From the human T2T-CHM13v2.0 reference genome, Homo sapiens, in assembly GCF_009914755.1 (NCBI RefSeq), contig NC_060938.1: a DNA stretch of 64,000 bases; one strand, given 5' to 3'. Under the pieces are notes generated by a model. It was not told where the DNA came from and did no database searches. It saw only the letters and a program-made list of their open reading frames with translations. Each line of letters begins with the position of its first letter. Position 1 is the stretch's first letter. The translations under genes were made by a program, and so were the position numbers. Below, piece after piece: positions 54,850 to 64,000 of this stretch.

Positions 54850-57800
54850 ATTCCAAGTACAATGAACGAATAGGATAACAACCCTGAAGTAGGGGTGATC
54901 TTGTTCAAAAACAGGAAGAAGGTCAGTGTGGCCACATAGCACATTATGAAGAGAGGGGTAAGGATGAAAGTTTAGGAAGGAAGACAGGAACTCCTTTACG
55001 ATCTTTTGGCAAAAGTAAGAATGTGGTGTTTCAAAGTAAGGGTGTAGCAGGGGTATGGGATGACACAATTTGCCTTTTAAAGGTATTACTCTAAGCTGCT
55101 TTGTGGAGAAGAGACTGGAAGAGGGCAGCAGAGAGACAATTAGGAAATAACGTGCAAGACAAATTAGAACAGCTCAATTTAAGGTCAAAGCAGTGGAGGT
55201 AGTGGGAAGTGTTTGGATTTAGAATAACCTTTTTTTTTTTTTTAAATTACAGGCACATTTGGTGAACTGCATGGAGTTTAGAGAAGAAGATAAATCAAGG
55301 GTATTTCCTAGTTTTCAATCTCATAGTTCAAGTTTGACTGGAATTTCTTACAAAAATCTCAATTTCAATGTTTGAACTCTAATCTGTTACATTCTTTCCC
55401 AAACCAGCTCCCTTTCCTGCACTCCATTCTCCAGAACTGGCTATTCTATGGATCCATCTACTCATGTTAGAAACTTGAGATATATCTTTGACACATTTAT
55501 TATCCCTGACATGTCTGTCACCATTAGCCCCCCCAAATCTAATCAATTACCAAGCCCTGTCAATCCAACTTCTAAAATATCTTGAACCTATCCACTTCTC
55601 ATGTGTCTACTAAAAGCATCCTGGTCCAAACTACAACTATCTCTTTCCTGGAAATGTAGACTAATTAGTTAATTTACCTGCGTCTGATCCTCAACTGCAT
55701 ATGTTCATCATATAGCAACCAAAATGATCCTGTTAAAAAACAAAACTCATTTCGAATATTTTTTAAAATCCTTCAGTGGCAGCCATTTGTTCTTGAATGA
55801 GATCTAAACTCTTTTAAATGGTCTACAAGTTGTGCAAGGTCTAGCTACTGTTCACCTCTCCAGCACTACCTCATGCAACTCTGCCACCCACCCCCAATGC
55901 TCCAGTCACATGGACGTACTTCAGTGACTTAAAGCCCCATACCCCTTCCTGCCTCAAGGCATTTGTGTATACAGTCCTATCTGCCTGCCTCAACACTTCA
56001 CTACTCACACTCTCCCTTAAGATCCCGGGGTAAATGTTGTTTCTACAGGGAAGAAATTGCTATTATATGTTATCCTAGCACCCTCTATTTTTCCTTTATC
56101 ACACTACTAACGATGGCAGTTATCTTTGTGAACATCTGTTGAATACCAGTGTGTCTCCCAAATCACTCTAAGCCCTATGAGGAAAGAAAATGTTCCGGCT
56201 TACTTTGCTATTCAGTCATTTTCTTCTCTTCTTCTTTATTAACTGTTTCTATTAAGTGTATAACAATATCGGCTTTTAAGTAAAATTAAAGTCATTGAAT
56301 ATTTTTAACCAGGGAACGTTATGATCCAATGTATATATTAGAAGCCTAATTCTCCAGTTCCTCTGTGGGGAATGGCCAGGTAATCTAGAGGGGGTGTGGT
56401 GGTGAGGAAATTAGAGACAGGTGAGGAAGTAGGGAGGAATGAGTCTAGGATGGGTACGAGTGGTGATGAGTATGTGCAGGAGGAGTAAAGTGTAGGTATA
56501 AGTAGGCATGAGGAAAGATGGTTAGGCAAGATTTTTTCATGACAATCTAATCTTTCCACTAAAATCTGACCATGAAGGCAAGGAGAAAAATGAGAAAAGA
56601 GTTTAACAGGGATGTGGAATCAAGGGAGGTTATAAAGATAAAAGATGTTACATTATGTCTTCATACTTCTTAGGAATGATCCACAGAGAGGGAAAGTTTG
56701 ATGGGGTAGGAGTCAAAGAGGGTAACTTAAAAAGCAAGTTCCTTAAGCAGGTGAATGTGGATGGGACCCAGAGTACAAGTGGAGGAATGGATTCCTCCAT
56801 AGAGTACATGCAGCAAGCTTCCCTGTCACTGGAGGGAAGGAGAAGGTGGTTGCAAGTGAAAGTTAAATTTGGTGATAAAGAAATGAAGGCATTTGCATTT
56901 GATGTCTTCTAATGTCTCAATTAAATATAATGTGAAATCACTATTTGAGAATGAGAGAGGAAAGGTATGGAAGCTTTGAGGAGAAAAGATATAAATAGTT
57001 TTGTGATTTTTTTTTTGTTTGTTTGTTTGTTTTGTTTTGTTTTGTTCCTGAGAGTAGGAAACCTACTAGGGAAACATACTTGGAACTCCAGGCAGTGTTA
57101 ACTGACTGAGGATTGTGAATATGAATTTAGAGTAAAACTTGTCAATAGATAATTTTTTTCCAGCAAGATTTTGCTGTTTTGGTGCAGGTATAGAGAAGAT
57201 AGTTAACTCCATTGAGGTGGTATGTTAGAAAGTGATTACAATAGGAAGGGAGGATGACAGAGTTGAGGGCATCCATAAGGAAGATTGTATAATGATGTTA
57301 TAGAAAAAAATGAAAGCAGAAAGATGTCAGTAGGGTCAATGGATTGGAAATCTGGATGAGATAAAAAAATTGCTGGAGTGAGAGAGCTTGAATAAGTAAG
57401 CAGGAGGGTTCAGGGATGATAGCGTAAGAATTGAATGTTTGATATTGATATTGAAATTTAGGGGTGGTTCAATTTCTCATGATGACAAGAAGCAGGGTAT
57501 GGCAAAGAAATGGGTGAATGGGATGTAGTGGGAGAACAGTAAGTGGAAATATGCAGAGTGCAAGGTATTGGATAGATCATCCAATTGCATGTTGTGATTA
57601 TGACAGCAATGATGGGACTTGGAGTCAGGAGAAGGGCTGTGAACCAGGATCAAGGTTTCAAGGAAATAAAGAAATATCCCAAGTCTGACATAGCAAAGGG
57701 GAGACAGGAGAAAGAATATAACCATATTGCATGCATGTCAAAGAAAGAAGCAGCTTTGTTTTGTTTCATTTCTATCTTGTTTTGTCTTATTTTGCTGGAG

Positions 57801-58300
57801 AGTAGAGGAGTAGTGGTCTGGAATTAAAGTGTACCAAGTAAGTCAAACAGACATAAATTCTGCCTTTGTGGAGCTTACAGACTAGTGAATGAGAAAGATA
57901 TGAATCAAATAATTAAATAAATAAGTCTATAAATTACAAACTCTGGCAAGTGCTATGAAGAAACAGTACAGGCCACTGTGACAGCATGAAACACAGTGAC
58001 CAAACTGATCTGTGGAGTGGGGGTAAGCCCTGATGATGTGATATTTGAGCAGAGATCCAAAGGATGATTGGGAGTTAGGGAGGCAAAGGATGATTGAGGC
58101 AAAAGGTAATTGAGTTTTTAGGGTAGGTATGACAGAAAAACAAAAGGTCAGGAGAATGAAGGGACATTTTGCATTGAAAGTAACAGACACGATGGATCAA
58201 GGAGAAATCCGAACCATCAGGAGAAAATGAGTTAGTCTGGAAACTAGGGCTGGCACTAGATTTAAGGAGAGGGCATATGGAAAGTAAGCACATGACAAAG
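54850..58300. mobile_element. Cluster of degenerate L2 LINE fragments (both orientations)
   Basis: L2-like text such as GCTGCTTTGTGGAGAAGAGACTGG, CCTATCCACTTCTC...CTGGTCCAAACTAC, CTTCCTGCCTCAAGGCATTTG and CTGCCTTTGTGGAGCTTACAGACTAG. Boundaries approximate. Confidence 0.55.
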
Positions 58301-59436
58301 CTATCAGAGAGAGGAGGTTGTATCCAGAGATTCTTCTTCAGAAGTATGAAAGTTAAAGATTTTCATAAGGTCAAAGATTTGTCCCTATGAGTGGGTTGTG
58401 TGAATGAAATCTTCAGATGGTTGAAGCTCTATTCATTAATGGTTTGGCTAAACTGTTATACTTAAAAATAATATTATAAGTCACATGCAAAAGTCTCCAA
58501 TAAATCTGGATACTTAGTGTGAAATTACAGCAAATAGGTGGGAACAAAAGAAGTCTTTTATATGAGGTTGAAGGGATATATTCTGGACAAATCGTGTAAA
58601 TTGCACAATATTTGAAAATTAACCTCAGTTTCACTGCATGCAAAATAGGAATAATAAGCCCTGTTCTGGATAGCTATTGTGAGGCCAGCTATAATGTGAA
58701 CCATGGCAGAGTACCCAACCTCTAGGAGAAAATAAAAGATAGTAATATCAATTATCATATTAATGTTTATCAATAGAAATAGTTACTGGGTATATTATTT
58801 ATTGTTTAAAGAAGGCTTCTCCTTTATTTAGCAGCCTAACAAATATAGAATTGCTACACTTATGTGTATGAGAAGAAAGAGAGCAGCACTAGGAAGAATG
58901 CCTATCATGTAGATCCTTAGTAAGTTTCAAGGACATGGGTTAAGTTACAGAAGCAGAGCTGATACTACAACAGGGGCAGGGTGGGGTAGGAAGCGTAAGG
59001 GAGAAAGAGGGCTCACAATTCTTCAATAGTGCCCCTCTGAAAAGTACAGCCCTAGGAGGCCCATCAACCAGCAAGTGTTGTCATTTCCCTGTCAAGAACT
59101 TCAAAGCTCAAAAGACTTTGCACAAAGTCACAAATAACTCAATAGCACAGATAAGACCAAAGATCCATGGTCATTGTTGCCTCCTTTACTACTGTATCTA
59201 CTGGACCATAAAGTCTCTCTTGTAGTTGTTTTGTCATTGGATATGGTATCTCCATTCTTTCTAATATGAGTGGTTCAAACTGAGGTTCTTGGGTTCAGAG
59301 CCCCAGTAAACACTGCATATCATGGTATTCTTTCCTGTAAAACTCACTGATATGGTTTGGTGTTGTGTTCCCACCCAAATTTCATGTTGAATTATAATTC
59401 CCAATGTTGTGGGAGGGACCTGGTGGGAGGTGATAG

Positions 59437-59853
59437 TGCTGTTATTACGTTAATCAATCCGGAATCATCACTGAGAAAGTTGAAATTCGAGATCGAATAC
59501 AATGTAGAGTAGAGGAGCTTCAAAACACTGGACCCTGGGGCCTCCTCAGCCAATGGATGCCATGGATTCTCCCCTTCTTAGGACCTCCAGCAGCTATAAT
59601 ATTGCTACTCCTCTTTGGACCCTGTATCTTTAACCTCCTTGTTAAGTTTGTCTCTTCCAGAATTGAGGCTGTAAAACTACAAAACGTTCTTCAAATGGAG
59701 CTTCAGATGCAGTCCATGACTAAGATCTACTGTAGACCCCTGGATTGGCCTGCTAGCCCATGCTCCAATGTTAATGACATCAAAGGCACCCCTCCTGAGA
59801 AAATCTCAACTGCACAACCCCTACTACGCCCCAATTCAGCAGGAAGCAGTTAG
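59437..59853 (+). pseudogene. HERV-W env 3' fragment (TM subunit end, transmembrane helix, cytoplasmic tail); a paralogue of syncytin-1, not ERVW-1 itself
   Basis: The frame reads CCYYVNQSGIITEKVEIRDRIQCRVEELQNTGPWGLLSQWMPWILPFLGPPAAIILLLLFGPCIFNLLVKFVSSRIEAVKLQNVLQMELQ...PLLRPNSAGSS*, which matches the syncytin-1/MSRV C-terminus. Confidence 0.95.
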
Positions 59854-59911
59854 AGTAGTCGTCGGCCAACCTCCCGAACAGCACTTGGGTTTTCCTGTTG
59901 AGAGGGGGGAC

Positions 59912-60723
59912 TGAGAGACAGGACTAGCTGGATTTCCTAGGCCGACTAAGAATCCCTAAGCCTAGCTGGGAAGGTGACTGCATCCACCTTTAAACACGGG
60001 GCTTGCAACTTAGCTCACACCCAACCAATCAGAGAGCTCACTAAAATGCTAATTAGGCAAAAACAGGAGGTAAAGAAATAGCCAATCAACTATTGCCTTA
60101 GAGCACAGAGGGAGGGACAAGGATCGGGATATAAACCCAGGCATTCGAGCCGGCAACAGGCAACCCTCTTTGGGTCCCCTCCCTTTGTGTGGAGCTCTGT
60201 TTTCACTCTATTTCACTCTATTAAATCATGCAACTGCACTCTTCTGGTCCGTGTTTGTTACGGCTCAAGCTGAGCTTTCGCTCACCGTCCACCACTGCCC
60301 ACCACTGCTGTTTGCCGCCATCACAGACCCGCCACTGACTTCCATCCCTCCAGATCCGGCAGGGTGTCTGCTGTGCTCCTGATCCAGGGAGGCGCCCATT
60401 GCCACTCCTAATTGGGCTAAAGGCTTGCCATTGTTCCTGCACGGCTAAGTGCCTGGGTTCATCCTAATCAGGCTGAACACTAGTCACTGGGTTCCACGGT
60501 TCTCTTCCGTGACCCACAGCTTCTAATAGTGCTATAACACTCACTGCATGGCGCAAAATTCCATTCCTTGGAATCTGTGAGGCCGAGAACCCCAGATCAG
60601 AGACATGAGGCTTGCCACCATCTTGGAAGCCGCCCACCATCATCTTGGAAGTGGCTCGCCACAATCTTGGGAGTGGCTCGCCACCATCTTGGGAACTCTG
60701 TGAGCAAGGACCCCCCGGTAACA
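59912..60723 (+). mobile_element. HERV-W LTR (LTR17), complete U3-R-U5
   Basis: Preceded by the polypurine tract GAGAGGGGGGAC. Starts TGAGAGACAGGACTAGCTGGATTTCCTAGG and ends GAGCAAGGACCCCCCGGTAACA. CCAAT boxes at ~60025 and ~60082, TATAAA at 60130, ATTAAA at 60220. Confidence 0.95.
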
Positions 60724-63700
60724 ATAGGATCATGGGGGTGGATTTCCCCCCTGCTGTTCCCATGATAGTAAGTGAGTTCTCACAGGATCTAATGGTTTAA
60801 AAGGATGTGGCACTTCCCTCCTTGCTGTATCTCTCCCACTCCACCATGGTAAGATGTGTTTGCTTCCCCTTCACCTTCTACCATGATTGTAAGTTTCCTG
60901 AGGCCTCCTAGTCATGCTTCCTGTTAATCCTGGGAAACTGTGAGTCAATTAAGCCTCTGTTCTTCATAAATTACCCAGTCTCAGGTAGTTCTTTATAGCA
61001 GTGTGAAAGCAGACTAATACAACCAGCGTGTTGTGAGTTGAGCAAAGAGGTGGCCAAGCCATGACTTAGGATTGTAAGTACCAATCAAGAGAGATTACTG
61101 ATGAGCCCAATTCTCACACATTCCTCAGCCCTGGCTCCTCTGCTGTGGCACTTGGAGCCTCATAGTCACTTTGGGGTGATCTAGCCATGGTTACAAGCCC
61201 TTGCCCCTCACCTGGAGTTTTAGAAGGCTGAACTGGTGGGGCAGCTGTTAGAGGTGACAGCTGGCTTGTAAGGTAGCACTCTCCCTCTTATTTGGAAGCA
61301 CACTTTAGGCAGAGAGTAGTGATGCTCCAAAGGCAGTATTCACTCCTCCTGTCTGTAATATCCTTAGCTATTATCACAATGAGTATAGCACTTTAGGGGG
61401 TAACCCACTGATACAGTCGTGCTTGACTCTAAAATGTACAGTAATGAACTGCAGCAGCTGCAGTGCTCTAAATCAAAGATTCCTAGCACAGAGGCAAGGG
61501 AATGGGAAGGGTAGTGCCTCCTCTCTGTAAGTAGATTCTTTGCCAGGCAGCTTGCCTGCTACCTTAAAAGTAAAATCCTATTATACCTGTGAAACCCTGC
61601 TGCAAAGGGCAGAGTCAGACAACCAACACAAAGGAATGTGGGCAAATTCCTGGGATGCCAGACCACCAGGCAGAGCTTTCAGGGACAACAATTATCCCAT
61701 CTGTTGAATCTCTTGAAAAACACTAAAAAAGTGCAGGTCAATGCATAAGCCCTGGGCAGTCACCACTGTTTTCTGGGCAATCCCTAAAGGCCAATCAGAA
61801 TGACAAAGCCACATATATTGCAGAAGTTTTTACCTTTTTATTCCAGCTAAAGATATATGTAGATTGAAAAACAAAACCAGGTTTTTGTAGATGCAAGCAG
61901 AAGATTTTAGAAAATTACTGTGATTTCTACTACGTTTATAAGAGAGTCCCTATGCAGTAATGAACAGGGGTGATTTGGAGCCAGTAGAAAGTAAGAAAGT
62001 AAAATTACTATTATAGATGCTCTGGGAGCCCTGACTATATTAATGCAAATTCATTTTGGAGGTTGCTAAATTATTTACATAGTTGTGGAACTTGTAAACT
62101 TTCCTATCCTCCCCAAAGCATTTCCTTATTAGGGTTCCCTGAAAATCAGAGGGGTAGCAAGCAAAGAGAAGTAGGTCAGAGCTTCTGGCTACCATCCATA
62201 TTTCGACAAGGTAGAACAAGGACACGTCCTGAGCAGGGTGACACAAGGAACCAGAAGGATTATAATACTCATCTTGCTTCTTCTATGCCTTCCCTTTGAA
62301 ATGTTCAGTAGTCCAGACCACAGTAAAAAGGTGAGGCAGAACAGGATCCAGCTACAGAGATCATATCTCTGCCTTTAGGGAAAAGAGGAGAGAAGTAGCC
62401 AGGTGGGAGCATAGGACAAACAGAAACAGAAAACTTCTCCAAGCAGTAATCTTCCCTGCAGAACAAGGGCCATGAAATTGCTATTCTGCAGAAAAATCTA
62501 TTTTCTTTTTTTAACAGAAATCATCTAACCTCAAGGTTAGAGATGAGAGCAGGAGAGAACTGTCTGTTCCTCTCTTCCTTCACCAGATTCTCATCTCAAA
62601 ATTATTATTCTATCCTTCTTTTCTTCTCTCTCAATGTTTAAGCTGGTATGTTAATAACTTGTCAAGATGTCACCACTAATGGTCAGAATAAAAAGCAAAT
62701 TATTACTAAGCTCTACCCTTTTTAAAGTTTCCACAAATTCACACAGAAACATGATTACTTATGCCTAAATATTTCAGATTATAAGTCAGTTGTCTACTTC
62801 AAAATAATGGCTGATTTGTAGATGGTCTTTCCTACTTTATCTCCAATGTCCTTATTGGCCCTGAGGGTTTTTCATAATTTCTACCAATTATTTCAGGTTA
62901 CGTTGTTCAATCATGTCATGGGATTATATAGATTTCATGAGCAAGCATCCTGACCTTTTTCTTCAGGTAAACCCAGTCATCTTTCTGGACTCACTCTGGC
63001 TCCATCATATCTCTAGCACACGTCTTCGTAAGATGTTCTCTGTGAATGGTGTGATTCTTGGACAAGAGCTAAGATCTCATTAATTGTTCCAGTTGTTTTC
63101 CAGGATATTTTGTCACTTAATTTATATCACGGTATCGTATTTCTTAGGTGTATTAGGTTGTTTGAAGATAGATTAAAAAGTTAACTTTATTTTCCATTCC
63201 TATTTTAACAAAGCCATCACGACAAGCTTCTACCAAGTTTAGATTTTTAAATTGTGCATTCATGGTATGTTGACTACAGTGTGATGAAGCTTATTTTTAA
63301 TAACACTAGGAAGATAACTTCAGGAAGTTCATATTCTGTTCTTTCATTTGTACTGAAATTGAATAATTCTCCAGCTGACTAAAATGAGAACGGCTAATTT
63401 TCTTCATGAGCAATGGACTGTAAACAACATTTTTATAAACTACTGTCTTGGATACAGAATACCATGAGTTTAAAAAATAATCAGTCTTCACTGCTGAGAA
63501 AGTGGGTCATCGTTATTTCTCTTATTTCAAACATATCATTGAGAGTGTTATTCAGTAGAGTACATCTATCTGTAGCACTGTAACCAGAGATGTGGTGCCT
63601 GCCCTCCATAAGTTTATGATGCGCTGAAGAAAAGGTGCACACAGATGATGAAGCACAAATTTCAAAATTTAGTTAGGATTATCTTGTGAGCTGAGTGGTA

Positions 63701-64000
63701 AATCTCAGAGACCAGTAACTCAACCAAATGGGAACTCCAGGTCTCCTAGAGCCCAGTTATACTCTCATATGGCAAATCAAACTCAAATGAAAATAAAGTC
63801 CTTAATATTTAAAAAAATAATAAATTATAAATTTTTGGATAGCATATTCACATGGTTAAAAATAAAATAATGTAAAAATATATAAATCAAGAGCTCTTAT
63901 TCCCATTTCATCTCTATTTCCTCCTTTCTCACTCACTCTCTATTAGTTAGCACTTTGATTAGTTTCTTAAATATTCTTTCAAAGTTTTCTTATGCAAATG

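Larger units (their letters stand above)
59348..61021 (+). mobile_element. MSTA/MSTB-like MaLR solo LTR split by the HERV-W insertion (pieces 59348-59436 and 60724-61021)
   Basis: TGATATGGTTTGG...GGTGGGAGGTGATAG | (ATAG)GATCATGGGGGTGG...GCAGACTAATACA. The two pieces rejoin seamlessly as GGGAGGTGATAGGATCATGGGGG. Confidence 0.92.

Noticed and set aside
59557-59853. Syncytin-1 (ERVW-1) gene
   Set aside because: Only the last ~138 codons of env are present, SU and the fusion peptide are missing, and it lacks the syncytin-specific tail deletion.
60610-60697. CRISPR-like array
   Set aside because: Direct tandem units with no unique spacers, inside a retroviral LTR in primate DNA; no cas genes.

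Overview
Primate (hominid-type) nuclear DNA: AT-rich, repeat-dense and essentially intergenic. The taxonomic call rests on AluJ/S/Y SINEs, an L1PA2-like LINE and a HERV-W/LTR17 element. I see no intact host protein-coding gene. The main landmarks are: (1) a CpG-island promoter at ~4.8-5.5 kb with splice and poly(A) signals that sketch a 3-exon minus-strand transcript (lncRNA or 39-aa micro-ORF); (2) a cytochrome b5 (CYB5A) processed pseudogene with TSD at 7958-8760; (3) a young 5'-truncated L1PA2-like insertion with no visible TSD; (4) several MaLR/ERV1 LTRs, including an internally deleted THE1D provirus; (5) an unusual HERV-W remnant at 59437-60723. That remnant is the env 3' end plus a complete LTR17, starts with TG inside env, ends with CA, is flanked by a perfect 4-bp TSD and is nested in an MST LTR. 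Almost all other ORFs in the track are repeat or low-complexity artefacts. I found no evidence of a novel multi-gene system. The best leads are the HERV-W junction architecture, the candidate spliced transcript with its inverted Alus, and an unexplained ~140-bp hairpin at 49.2 kb. Repeat subfamily names come from recalled consensus sequences, not a database search.
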